A stretch of DNA of 64,000 bases. It comes from Octopus bimaculoides (Eukaryota). The notes under the pieces were generated by a model. That model ran no database searches, was not told the origin of the DNA, and was given only the letters and a program-made list of their open reading frames with translations. A program made the translations under genes and the position numbers. Every line of letters begins with the position of its first letter. Within the stretch, counting starts at the first letter, position 1. Shown one piece after another: positions 35,911-48,849 of the stretch. Where the stretch lies: NCBI RefSeq assembly GCF_001194135.2, contig NC_068989.1:73486485-73550484 (forward strand). Reading direction: 5' to 3'.

Positions 35911-36965
35911 ATTTGAAATTATTTTTATTCCTTGTTAAGGACATAACAAACAAATATATAAAAATATGATGATAATAATAAATATATAAATAAAATTAGA
36001 GCATGGTAAAGTACATTTTACACTATTGAATTCTTTTTTTTCTTTTTTTTTTCCACAAAGTTGCTAATCTTTCGTAAACCAAGAATCCCTAGGGCTACTG
36101 TTCAATACTGGGTTCTGTAGCAATTGGCAGATGAAAGATAAATCTCCTTCCCAATGAATTGATTTAGGTTTTCAGAATATATGTTAATTCCACTATTGTT
36201 GCTGTTGTTGTTCTTGCTTAGCCCTCAGATCAATCCTAACTGAACAAACCAATGACCTATAAGCAAATGGTTTTCCAACCATGGCTATCTCACACTTGTC
36301 TCAAGCATTCTATATCTAGAACTACATCTTCAAAGTGTGCCTTTGTTTTCAAGATGGACAGGTGTATGTTGATGGAGATTTGATGGCTATTTCTATCAGA
36401 TCAAGCAGCCATGACCATATACACATAACAAATTACCAACTTTACTATATAAAGTGAGTAATGTATTACATAAACTAGCTTGATTTATAAGACTTATACG
36501 AGTGGAGTAACTTTCTTGGCCATACACAGAGTACAGTGTTCATGGCAGGATATGACATATTATGCTCACTGCTACTTATCCAGTAATCTATCTACTTGGA
36601 CAATTGAAGCTATTGAAAATACTTAAAGGATAAGGAAATTTCAAGTAAGGTTAGTGTTTCCAAACATAGTGTCATAATTAGGCCTGTCACAAGGTTTTAA
36701 TTTTAAATTACACAATTGATACAAGATGTCAAATATGTATTTAAAAAATGCAGAGGTTAATATGAAAACACCCTTAGATTTTTATGCTGGAGTAAAACAA
36801 AAGTGTTGTATACCAAAGGAGATAGGAAGACGAGTAAGGAAATGATGGATGATTCTGAGACATATGATTGAAAGATAAATTTACAATTGTTAGATATTGA
36901 TTTTAAATTTTACTTCAGTACGACAATCAGCCTATTATATGAAGGCTAATTAGCAAAGGTTGCTT

Positions 36966-37044
<79 letters not shown>

Positions 37045-38384
37045 AAATACATGCATGTGTACATGTATGTGTACGTATGTATAAATGTGTATAGTTATCT
37101 ATCAAAAAGAATCAAACTTTAATTGAGAGGTCACTCAATACCTTTAAATGAAGTATCACTCTACATTATGTACAGAAAAGTAATTTTTTTCACCCATTTT
37201 AAGGGCTGTCAAAATATTGATTTCCTCACAATAATACCACCAGAATATGTTTTCCAATGACTACCAGTACCTAATTACGTTATTGATTCCTCAGAATAGT
37301 GGAAAAACAAAAGGAAAAGAAATCGACCCTTGTGTGATATGAAGTCAAACCTTTGTGAAAGAAAACAACAATATTGTAATATAATATTTATCTTGTAGTT
37401 TTTCTGACTGTTGCTGTTACCTCTACTGTATTGAAGATGACACAATAATAGCTGTTTTTCAACCAACTGTTGCTACTCAGCATTTGGTATATCGTTTGTT
37501 TGGCACTGTGACATCATTGCGCAGAAGGAAATGTTTGGGTTAAAATCTTGGAAGCATAGCTCTGTTGCAGCCTTCATCTGTTTTCACAGTTGTTATGATA
37601 CACTATAATTTCTCTGAAAAATAAGAGATGTGAAACGAATCAATGTTGCAATTCAAATTCCTGTGAAATTAGCTCAAGGACAATAAAAATTTCATAGCAA
37701 CTCACCTAAAAATGAATGTTTATTACTTTCTCTTATTATAAATCAACTGCCAGTAGGTTACCACTTCAAACATCATCAACCCGTAAGCATTTTAGATTGG
37801 ATTAAATATCTTTGTTATATTACAGAGGAAGTAGAAACCATGCCAAATCAGACTGGAGACAGGTGCAGCACCTCAGCTTGCCAGTCCTTGTCAAACCATT
37901 CAACCTACGCCAGCATGGACAGCAGACATTGAATGATAATGAGGATGATCCAAAGCAGAAAAGGACACTTGTCTTATGTATGCTCACCCCTGCTTTTATG
38001 GTATAGTCTGAGCAGGAAAGGCAACAGCCATGAAATGTTTCAAGGCCTCACAGACAGATGGAGTTTAAGGGTGGGTAGGGGAATTGCTTTTAGACTGAAC
38101 AGTTAACCTGAATTGTTGCAGCATAATGTGTTGTGTTCTCTGCCAGAAGCACCCTAGGACAGGATCAGGTGGTAGTGTCAAATCAAACTCATAGGTTAAT
38201 TATATTATTCAAAAACAGGAAGTCCTGCTAGAAATTCTTCGTCAGAGGCTCAAATATCACTCAAATAATGGACACACTTAATATTTTGGACCTGGTTGCA
38301 CTTAGCTTGAAAAAATAATGGGATCATAACAGTCCTATGATCTGTACTATTGTTCATAGATCTACTCAAGCAGGACAAATTTCT

Positions 38385-38416
<32 letters not shown>

Positions 38417-38567
38417 NNNNNNNNNNNNNNNNNNNNNNNNNNNNNNNNNNNNNNNNNNNNNNNNNNNNNNNNNNNNNNNNNNNNNNNNNNNNNNNNNNNN
38501 NNNNNNNNNNNNNNNNNNNNNNNNNNNNNNNNNNNNNNNNNNNNNNNNNNNNNNNNNNNNNNNNNNN

Positions 38568-38760
38568 CCCCCCAACATTGCTTGACAATCGATGCTGGTG
38601 TGTTTACGTCCCCGTAACTTAGCGGTTCGGCAAAAGAGACCAATAGAATAAGTACTAGGCATCGAAAGAATAAGTCCTGGGGTCAATTTGCTCAACTAAA
38701 GGCGGTGCTCCAGCATGGCCACAGTCAAATGGCTGAAACAAGTAAAAGAGTAAAAGAGTA
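38568..38760 (+). mobile_element. SINE family A, 3' half following an N gap
   Basis: Near-consensus match to 22510-22706. Confidence 0.85.
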
Positions 38761-38889
38761 AATATATACACCATCGGCTCCTCATTTCTGAGTATTTCTT
38801 TTTTTCATTTGTACTTCCTCATTTATATCAGTGCCTGACAAGACCAAATTTTGCATGGAACAAAAGTCCACAGATGTCACATTTAATGA

Positions 38890-39217
38890 TCAGTAGAGGC
38901 CTTGGCTGGATTTGGTCAGTTTCTTATTGTAACCATTTACGTTCTCTATTTCTTCTATGCCAGTCTTGATGGTGTGACCCCAGACTGTTCTCTCTTCTGC
39001 ATTTTTCTCCCAGGATTTAGGGTCAATGTTGGTGCTTTTCATCATCTGTTTTAAATGGTCTTTGTAGCTTCACATGGGATGTCTGCATGATCTCTTGCCA
39101 CCACTATGTTTGCTGTAAGAGGATTTGATATTGCAGTCCAATACACTTCATGCAGGGACATGACCTCCCATCTGAGGTGATGTTTGATGGTGTTGACCTT
39201 AATTCTATTGGTGTCAC
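38890..39217 (-). mobile_element. Third RTE-like (BovB-type) ORF2 fragment, ending at the TTAA MITE
   Basis: IKHHLRW.. (track ORF 39051..39245), then in another frame (39069-38890) SYKDHLKQMMKSTNIDPKSWEKNAEERTVWGHTIKTGIEEIE.., matching the RYKD-LK...I----WE--A-DR--WR pattern. Confidence 0.7.
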
Positions 39218-39434
39218 TTAACCCTTTAGCATTTAAACCAGCCATATCTGGCCCAAATATTCTACATGTTTTGTGTTCAAGCTGTCATGGTCTGACCTCT
39301 TACATATACCCTATAATGTCATTTTAAAAATATGCAATTACATCGTTGAAATCTGAAAGCTAAAAGATAATGCAGGATTCATTCCAAAGAATGTGAATAA
39401 ATAAGTATTAAATTTGACAAAGTAATCTAAATGC
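39218..39434 (-). mobile_element. TTAA piggyBac-like MITE, copy 4 (right TIR incomplete)
   Basis: TTAA-CCCTTTAGCATTTAAACC...; ends at AATCTAAATGC without AAAGGGTTAA. Confidence 0.7.
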
Positions 39435-40767
39435 ATTTCTGTTGAAATGCTCTGTCATTGATTCAATTAATTTTGAAAATGATAAAGAATTTGTCACTTT
39501 GTCACTTCTAATCTGGGGTTTGAAACATAAGTTATTATGAAAGTTTGACGGAAGATTTTAATTTAGATCACTTTAAAACAGGAAGTGCTTCTAAGCACAT
39601 AGTTTGGGGCTTAGTTCCACTTTGTAGTACCTTGGGCAAGTGTCTTCTACTATAACCTATTAAGCCTTGTGGGTGGATTCAGTTGATGATAACTGGAAGA
39701 AGCTTATCATATATGTATGTGTGTGTATGTGAAGTGACTTCATTTGGGCATAGAGTAGATTTGAACCTGAATCTGCAAATTTCCCCTAACATTTCAACAG
39801 CATTTTTCTCACAGAAAAATGGAAGTTGATAAGAGTTTTGTTCAACACATGGCTTTGCCAATTCAATTTATGTCTTTTCCATTTGACTCTTAACCTCTTT
39901 TATGCCGTTGAAAAGTTGAAATTAGATAAGAATAACCTACATGAAACCACACATTGTTATCAACAATATACCTCTCTTTCTAGCTAGTCTGCATAGTTAT
40001 AAGTACTAGAATTCTGAAAAGAAAAAATGGAGTTGGTGAAAAGAGACAACCAGAGGCAGGTCAGAGGATGAGCAGAAAGCAGACCAGTAGAGATTACAAC
40101 AACAGGGCTGTCCTGCACAACGACCAAGTCACTACTTGCCTTACTCTCTCAGCTTTCCACCTTCAGTGACATTACTCTATCAATCTCCCTAGTACTAGAT
40201 TGACAGGATCAAGCAGCGTAGAGCCTAAGGCCATACAGTATCAGGTACTGAAATACAACACTCCTGTTTATACAGATCTGCTCTCGATTGTTGATATTAT
40301 CATCTACCCATTGTGGTTAAGTACTGATCACATGTAACGGTTAAATGAAATATTTGTTTATAACTTTGACCACTGTCTTTATTTCACGGAGTCAACATCA
40401 CCAACATAGCAACCCGTTACATATGTGTTGTGTGTGCATATGCATGTGTCTCCTTGTTTTGACATCAAGAGTTAGTTATAAACAAGTATCACCATCACAG
40501 CAGCTGAGTCCCTCGTTTCTAGCCTTTTGTGGAAAATGTGTTTAGCGATGGGGGAGATATTATCTTGCTTGGAAACGTGTGAACGTTGGTGATAAGAAGA
40601 GCATCAAGCTGTACAAAAATCTGCCTCAAAAAAATTCTACTTGAACCATGATTACAGAGAAAATGTAGATGTTAAAGTGATGATGACAATTTTCTTGTCT
40701 GAAGTTGAGGTTATTAATCTGAAAAGTTATAATCTTATAGGTTTTAGTATAAGATTCTGCAGAAAGT

Positions 40768-41150
40768 TGTTGTTGTTGGCACTCCGTCGCTTATGACATC
40801 GAGGGTTCCAGTTGATCTGATCAACGGAACAGCCTGCTCGTGAAATTAACGTGCAAGTGGCTGAGCACTCCACAGATACATGTACCCTTAACGTAGTTCT
40901 CGGGGATATTCAGTGTGACACAGTGTGACAAGGCTGATCCTTTGAATTACAGGCACAACAGAAACAGGAAGTAAGAGTGAGAGAAAGTTGCGGTGGAAGA
41001 GTACAGCAGGGTTCGCCACCATCCGGAGCCTTGTAGAGCTTTAGGTGTTTTTCGCTCAATAAACACTCACAACGCCCGGTCTGGGAATTGAAACCGCGAT
41101 TCTATGATCGCGAGTCTGCTGCCCTAACCATTGGGCCATTGTGCCTCCAC
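40768..41150 (-). mobile_element. Full-length SINE family B flanked by 48-bp direct repeats
   Basis: Direct repeats at 40720-40767 and 41152-41199 (46/48 identical). Confidence 0.9.
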
Positions 41151-41787
41151 GTGAAAAGTATTAATCTTATAGGTTTTAGTATAAGATTCTGCAGAAAGTA
41201 AATATACAGGAACTGTACACATTGTACAGCCAGTGAAAACAGCAGGTGATGCAGAGATCGGGAAGTCTCTTAAGCAGCTTGGCAGGGAGTCAACTCTTCT
41301 AATATGTCAAATGCAATGAAGAGATAGATAGGTAGAGAGAGAGAGAGAGAGTGGCAAACAGCAATGAGCAGTCTTACAACAAAGTGATCAACCCACCTGT
41401 TACCTAAGTAAAGTATTGTTGTTGTTGTTGTTGTTGTTGAGCAGATTTGTGATCAAACATCATTCCATTCATGACCATCCTGTCTTTTTCTTACATGCAG
41501 GGAATCCAAAACCATTTTATCCAATGTCCTCTTCTAAGTTATTATTTCTAACTGATCAAGGGATCATATTGTAGCTCCCTTGTTGTCCTATAATGAGTGT
41601 TCTGTGATGGAGATGGATGTAGTGATAAGACAGAGGATAAAATAGTTATATGGGGGTAATTGTTAATTAATTTTTCATAGGTTAGTTAGGAGTGAAGGGG
41701 AAGTACATGATAATAATAAAGTGCTCCTAGTACACCCTCTTGAGGGATTAGTGACAGTAAGGACACCTAGTTGTACAGCATTACTCA

Positions 41788-41984
41788 AGAAACAGGAAGA
41801 AAGAGTGAGAGAAAGTTGGGGTGAAAGAGAACAACAGGGGTCGCCACCACCCCCTGCCGGAGCCTCATGGAGTTTTTAGGTGTTTTCGCTCAATAAACAC
41901 TCACAATGCCCGGTCTGGGAATCGAAACCGTGATCCTCCGACTGCAAGTCCGCTGCCCTAACCACTGGGCCATTGCGCCTCCAC
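41788..41984 (-). mobile_element. SINE family B, 5' half
   Basis: Matches 23240-23428. Confidence 0.85.
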
Positions 41985-41986
41985 TT

Positions 41987-42205
41987 TTAACCCTTTAGCT
42001 TTCAGATTACTCTTGTCAAATATTATACCTATCTATTTACATTGTTTTGAATTAATCTTGTAGCCTCAAGATTTCGATGATGTGATTGTTTATGTTTTGA
42101 GTAACATTGTAGGGTATGTGTGAGAGGCTGGATTTTATCACTTTGGATATAGAACAGGTAGAATATTTCGAGTGGATTTGGCTGGTTTAAATGCTAGAGA
42201 GTTAA
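41987..42205 (+). mobile_element. TTAA piggyBac-like MITE, copy 5
   Basis: TTAA-CCCTTTAGC...GCTAGAGAG-TTAA. Confidence 0.75.
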
Positions 42206-42919
42206 TCCTGGCACTTATTCTATTGGTTCCTATTGTCAAGACACTAAGTTATGTCAAGCGGTGGTGGGGGGACAAACAACACCAACACACATGCACACAC
42301 ACACATACACACGCACGTACACACACACACACACACACACACATACACACGCACACACACGTACACACACACACACACACTCTCACACACACACACACAT
42401 ACACACACACAAATATATATAATTGGCTTTTTTCCGTTTCTGCTTACCAAATCCACTCACAAGGTTTAGATTGGCCTTGGGCTATAGTAGAAGACACTTG
42501 CCCAAGGTTCCATGCAGTGGGACTAAATCTAAGGTCACGTGGTTGAGAAGCAAGCTTCTGAGTTACACAATCACACCTGTGCATATGAAGCCACGCCTAC
42601 ATTAGCAAATCAAATTCAGGTTTCATGCTCTGTGTGTGTGAGTATGTGCGCATGTGTGTGTATGTGTGTGTGTGTAATCTGATGGATTCATTCATGCATT
42701 CAAGTTTTATAGTTGTAAATGTCTGTCTATCAAATTTTAAGCTACGCAGGATATATTTACATTTATGAAATTAGTAGTAATGCAGAACTGGCCCAAAGTT
42801 ATATTGTTGAAAACATTTGTCCAAAGTGTCGTGCTATGAAACTGAACTCAAACCCACATGCAAAATGCACCTCTTACCTCACAACACAGCCACAATTGTG
42901 CCTATTTATTAATCACTCA

Positions 42920-43420
42920 GTCATCAACATCATCGATTAACATCCGTTTTCCATGCTGGCATGGGTTGGATGGTTTGACTGAGGTCTGGAGAGCCAGCAG
43001 CTGCACCAGGCTCCAATCTGGTCTGACAGAGTTTCTACAGCTGGATGCCCTTCCTAATGCAAACCACACTGAGAGTGTAGTAGGTGCTTTTTATGTGCCA
43101 CCGGCACAGGAGCCAGTAAGGCGGGCCAAGCAACGATCACATTCGCATGGTGCTTTTTACATCCCACTGGCACAGGTGCCAGTTAGGTAGACCTGGCATC
43201 AGTCACAGTCAGTTGGTGCTTTTTACATGCCATCTGCACTGGAGCCAGTAAGGCAAGCCTGGCAAGAACACGTTCAGACGGTGCTTTTTATGTGTCACCG
43301 GCACAGGTGCCAGTCAGGTGGACCTGGCATCGACCATGTTTGGAGAGTACTTTATACATGCCATCAGCATGGGAGCCAGCCAGTGTGCACCAGCCCCAGC
43401 TACAATATTGGTTTTACTTG
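42920..43420 (-). mobile_element. RTE 3'-tail element with five tandem modules of about 66 bp
   Basis: Module starts at 43083, 43149, 43215, 43280 and 43346 (periods 66, 66, 65, 66). Confidence 0.85.
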
Positions 43421-43879
43421 ACTCAACATATATATATATTAATAACATAATTATATATGTTTTCATAAACATACTAATATACATATAAGTTCATGAGTAT
43501 CTACTGATTGATGTATATGATCGGTCGCTTTTGTATGTGTATGAGAGTAATGGACGATATTAGTACTAAATCATTTATTTATTCATTTATTAGTGTAATT
43601 AAAGCCTTGTTAATGAGGCAGAGTGGGGGTGAGTTACTGGTGAAAAGCCAATTACCTATTATGATGGTGCAAAAGGTTTTCCCTGATGTAAAAACTGCTG
43701 TGGCAGTCAATAATAGTCGCTCTATACATATATATTTAATAGATTGTAATCATAACACTAATGGGCCGGTTGAGTTTAATTGCTGTGTATCTTTCAAGTC
43801 ACCAGTGACCTTTCAGGGCAATGTGCATATCTCCTTTGTCCAGACCAAACCAAACCAATGATATATATATATATATATT

Positions 43880-44150
43880 TAGTGAAGGCGTATGTTCTAG
43901 TACTTGGGCTGCTGCACTCATGATTGCTAAATTGTGGGTTCAATTCCCTGACCGGGCAACACGTATCTTGAGTAGAATACCTTATTTCGTGTTACTCCAG
44001 TCCCCCTCCCCCTTTTGATCAGGGGGAATGTTGGTCTGCTTACCTAGCCAGCAGAGTGGCATCATTTGAAGGCTGAAACAATGCAGAAGTGCATTGTGAC
44101 CAGCGATGTGTAACAACATCTGATAGCCTGGCTGGTTACATGATTACATG
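43880..44150 (+). mobile_element. Degenerate tRNA-headed SINE (family K)
   Basis: GTGAAGGCGTATG...GGGTTCAATTCCC (B-box-like) head with a distinct 3' body ending GTTACATGATTACATGAT. Confidence 0.5.
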
Positions 44151-44251
44151 ATACATATGCATGTCACTGCATTGACCAGACTATTGGATGTCATTATGCA
44201 CTGCTGCTCTTGATGTATTTCCTCTCATTGTTTTAGCCTTTAAATGATACC

Positions 44252-44579
44252 GTAAAGGCACATGGCTCAATAGTTAGAGTGTCAGACTAACAATCATGAG
44301 GTAATGAGTTCAATTCCTGGACTAAGTTATGTGTTGTGTTCTTAAGCAAGACACTTTATTTCACATTTCTCCAGTTTACCCAGCTACAAAAATGAGTTGA
44401 AACATCACAGGTGCCAAGTTGTATCAGCCTTTGCCTTTCCCTTGTATGACATTGGCGGTGTGGAGAAGGGAGACTTGTATGCATGGGTGACTGCCAGTCT
44501 TCCATAAACAACCTTACCCTGACTTGTGCCTCAGAGGGGAACTTTCTAGGTGCAATTCATGACCGAAGGGGGTGCTTAC
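44252..44579 (+). mobile_element. SINE family I, full length with perfect 15-bp TSD
   Basis: CCTTTAAATGATACC at 44237-44251 and 44580-44594. Confidence 0.85.
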
Positions 44580-45133
44580 CCTTTAAATGATACCACTCCA
44601 CTCACTAGACAGGCTGGCCAACATTCTCTCTGAATAGGATACCGATCTGTCACAGGGTTACTCATTTACAGTGGAGTGGACTGGAGCAATGTAAAAGAAG
44701 TGTTTTGCTCCAGTCTGGCAATCGAAACCATGATCTTTTGATCATGTGCGTAACACTCTACTGGTACTCTGTTAGTTGTGATGTTGCGGGTTCCAGGTGA
44801 TCTGATCATCAGAACAGCCTCTTCATGAAATTAATGTGCAAGTGGCTGAGCACTCCACAGACACCTACGCTGAATGTAGTTTGCAGAGAAATTCAGTGAG
44901 ACACAGAATGTGACAAGGCCAGCCCTTTGAAATGAGATAGAACTCATTTTTGCCAGTTGACTGCACTGGAGCAACATGAAATAAAATGTCTTGCTTGAGG
45001 ACACAACATGCCACAAGGAATTGAACTCACAAGCTTACAATCATAAGTGGAATACCCTACCACTAACCCATGCACATTCACAAGTGCAACACTCTAACCA
45101 CTTGGCCATGTACCTTATATTATATATGTATAT

Positions 45134-45216
<83 letters not shown>

Positions 45217-45844
45217 GTGTATAACAATGCCGATAGTGTGTAGCAGCAATGCTTTGTTGGTTGGCTGGTTGGTTGGTTGGTAATGTTATCTAACCCTAGA
45301 TCAAACAAACAATCCCTTTTTTTACATGTAGGGGACCTCAATCCACATTATTAAGTGTACCCTTTTTTATAAGTAAGATGTGATTTAAGGGATGGGGAGG
45401 ATTTGGCTGCCATTTCAAGCATGCCACACGACCACCCAGAGGTTCTCTGTAAACTTGTGCTTGTATGTGTCTGTGTGTGACTATGTATGTGTGAGCAGCA
45501 ATGAATGAAGGTAGTGACTTCATAAGTTTGTTTAATTTGCTGCTCTGGCTAGCAAATGGTAGATACAAGTTGTTCATTAGTATGTATTTATGTCTTTAAT
45601 TGATGTAATCTTGATCAACAGTCTGAAGTAGGTAAAATATACTGTCTACAATCTCCTCATGCATTAAATAGTTTATTTTTAACATAATTTTTCTATTAGC
45701 AGAGTCTTATGTTTGTAATATTTGCATATGTGGGGATGTTTAGGAGTGTTGTAGGTGTGTGTAGAAGTGTGGGTGTGTGTAGGAGTGTGTGTGTATTTAT
45801 ATGTGTAAGTGTGTGTAAATATATATATGTCTTTTTTTTATTTT

Positions 45845-46054
45845 TTTATTTGTTTCAGTCATTTGACTGGAGCCATGCTGGGGCACCGCCTTTAGTTGAA
45901 CAAATGAACTCCAAGACTTATTCTATTGGTCTCTTTTGCCAAACTTCTAAGTTTCGGGGATATAAACACTCCAACATCGGTTGTCAAGCAATGGTAGGGG
46001 GACAAACACAGACATAAACATATACATACATATATATGTATATATATGTATATA

Positions 46055-46094
<40 letters not shown>

Positions 46095-46250
46095 CAGGCT
46101 TCTTTCAGTTTCTGTCTACCAAATCCACTCACAAGGCTTTGGTCAGCCCAAGGCTATAGTAGAAGATATTTGCTGAAGGTGCCATGCAGTGGGACTGAAC
46201 CCAGAACTATGTGATTGGTAAGCAAGCAACTCACCACACAGACGCTCCTG
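45845..46250 (-). mobile_element. Full-length SINE family A
   Basis: Reverse complement of 22263-22706 with an internal (TA)n. Confidence 0.85.
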
Positions 46251-46384
46251 ATATATATTCTTTTATTCTTTTAGTCATATGACTGCAGCCATGATGGAGC
46301 ACCACCTTGAAGGGCTTTAGTAAAATAAATCAATCCCAGCACTTGTTTCTGTTTTTTTAACCCTAATACTTATTCTATTGGTCT

Positions 46385-47021
46385 CAAATTCTGCCAAAAA
46401 CTTGATATGCAAGCCCAGACTATCAAGAAGATTCAGAAGACCTTTAGAGATGATATTATGGAAAAAAAAACACAAATAAAGGAGTGGTACAACCGGTTCA
46501 AAGATGGCCATACCTCAGTGGACAGTGAGCCTCATTGTGGCAGACCATTGACTAGCAGAAGTGATGAAATGATTACAAAGGTTTGAGGAATAGTCTATGA
46601 AGACCGTCATGTGACTATTGAGGAGATTGCTGCTGAAGTTGCATTCAACCATGGGTCAGTTCAGTCAGTTCATTTGGCTCATGTTGTCCAAGCATTCTAC
46701 ATCAAGCAAAACCCAGCACTTGTTCTTCAGGTTTCCTACTGCCCAGATTTGGCTCCGTGTGACTTTTGGCCATTCCCAAAGCTCAGAAACACACCGGAAG
46801 GGAGAAGATTTGCGTCAACGGTGGAGACATTGAGCAAAATTTGATGGTACAGCTCTACAGTGAATTCCAGAAATGTTTCCAACAGTGGCAGGAACATTGC
46901 CAGAAGTGTGTAGACTCCCAAGGCAAATACTTTGAAGGAGACTAAATCAAAATGGTGAATTTTTTAATATTACTTGTTTTTTTGGCCAAAGGTCGGATAC
47001 TTTTTGACTATACCTTGTGTA
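46385..47021 (+). mobile_element. Internally deleted mariner transposon (transposase pseudogene and right TIR)
   Basis: KFCQKLD...IKEWYNRFKDGHTSVDSEPHCGRP...VTIEEIAAEV (HTH region) is fused to YCPDLAPCDFWPFPKL (YSPDLAP motif) and EFQKCFQQWQEHCQKCVDSQGKYFEGD* (stop 46943-46945), then GTCGGATACTTTTTGACTATACCTTGTG-TA. WVPHEL and the first catalytic aspartates are missing. Confidence 0.9.
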
Positions 47022-47058
47022 TATATTTATATATATATATATATATATCATATATATA

Positions 47059-48039
47059 TCACCATCGTTGTCGTTTAATGCCCACTTTCCATACTGGCAT
47101 AACTTGGATGGTTTGACGAGGGCTGGCAAGCCAGAAGGCTGCACCAGGCTCCAATCTGATCTGGCAATGTTTCTACAGCTGGATGCATTTCCTAATGCCA
47201 ACCACTCCAGGATTGTAGTAGGTGTTTTTTATGTGCCAGTCAGGCAGTATTGGCATCAGCTACGTTTGAATGGTGCTTTTTACATGCCACCGGCACAGGA
47301 GCCTGTCAGGCAGCATTGGCATCGACCACACTCGAATGGTGCTTTTTACATTCCACTGGCATGGGTGCTAAACAGGCGGTACTGTCATCGGCCATGACGA
47401 CAACTTCACTTGCCTCAACAGGTCTTCGCAAGTGCAGTTTACTGCCCAATGATTGAAGGGTACTCTTAAATGGGCTGGTTATGCTGCAATGGCATAGGCC
47501 ATGGTTACGGTCTCACTTGGCTTGCTGGGTCTTCTCAAGCACAGTATATCTCCAAAGGTCTCAGTCACTTGTCATCGCCTCGGTGAGGCCCAACGTTTGA
47601 AGGTTGTGTTTCAACATCTCATCCCAGGTCTTACTGAATCTATCTCTTCCACAGGTTCTGTCCACTGCTAGGGTGTGACACATTTTCACACAGCTGTCCT
47701 CATCCATATGCAACACATGACCGTACCAGCACAGTCACTCGCATGCACATCACATCTGATGCCTCTTATGTCTAACTTTTCTCTCAGGGTGCTTACACTC
47801 TGTCATGTATACACACTGACATTACATGTCCAGCTGATCATACTAACTTTATTCCTTACAAGCTTACACATGTCCTCAGCAGTCGTGGTCCATGTTTCAC
47901 TGTGATGTAGCATGGCTGTTTGCACACATGCATCATACAGTCTACCTTTTATTCTGAGTGAGAAGCCCTTTGTCACCAGCAGAGGTAGGAGCTCTCTGAG
48001 CTTTGCCCAAGAGCAGAGGTAGAAGCTCTCTGAACTTTG
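47059..48039 (-). mobile_element. 5'-truncated RTE-clade LINE (same family as 18379-19462), degraded
   Basis: Colinear with 18379-19370 across tail, UTR and ORF2 end; three UTR modules. Confidence 0.85.
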
Positions 48040-48849
48040 ATGGATTCCATCATTTTTGCCAGCTGGGTGAACTGGAGCAACATGAAATAAAGTATCTTAC
48101 TCAAGGACACGACATGCCTTGGGCTATAGTAGAAGGCACTTGCCCGAAGTGTCACATTGTGTGACTGAGTCTGAAACTATGAGGTTAGAAAGCAGACCTT
48201 TTACCACACAGTCATGCCTGTGAGTAAGCTAAAACCTACTAATTTACATTTCCCCCACTGCTGAACTTACTTTCAATCTAGATAAGGTTAAGTAATGCAG
48301 GTAATCTCAATTGTAATTACTTTGTATATTTTGGAGACAATTTGGGTTAAAAAGAAAAAGAAAAAATCAATAGAAAAAAATTTTCTAAAATTTTTTAGTT
48401 TGGAAACTAATCAGGTGAAAATAAGTTAGAAATAATTTTTCCCTGACAATTTAATGGAATAATTTACAAGTATTTAAATGCTCAAAAAACAGTTAATATT
48501 TTTACTTTATGACATCTGTGGTTTCTTCATAATTCTTTCACTATGTCAAATGAACATCTCTGACTATATTAATTTCAGTAATCATTCGATTTCGTAACCT
48601 TATTATTATCTTAAATTTAATTAACCATCCACCAACTGATATGTCTGACTTGGTGCATTTCGATTTGTTTTGATGTTGAATACTTTTGTTCAATGTCGTA
48701 CAAAATTAGCTGTATGTTATTAAAATATCACTTTCCTGCTAGCATAAAACTGATGAAAGCTTTGTACCAATACTAATAAAATCTTTCAATTATAATGCAA
48801 GCTGTCCTCAGTGGAGAATTAAAATGTCTTGCTGTGCATGTAGGTCTTT

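Noticed and set aside
37399-37545. Possible exon FSDCCCYLYCIEDDTIIAVFQPTVATQHLVYRLFGTVTSLRRRKCLG* after a TTGTAG
   Set aside because: No recognisable homology, weak splice signals and no partner exons.
43083-43410. Regularly spaced repeats superficially like a CRISPR array (also 60318-60520)
   Set aside because: Eukaryotic context, whole units are homologous (no unique spacers), no cas genes; one lies within a LINE 3'UTR and the other is a minisatellite.
43508-43861. 117-aa ORF in unique sequence (and the 165-aa ORF at 52655-53152)
   Set aside because: No domain motif and an AT-driven composition; the second runs into a family J repeat.
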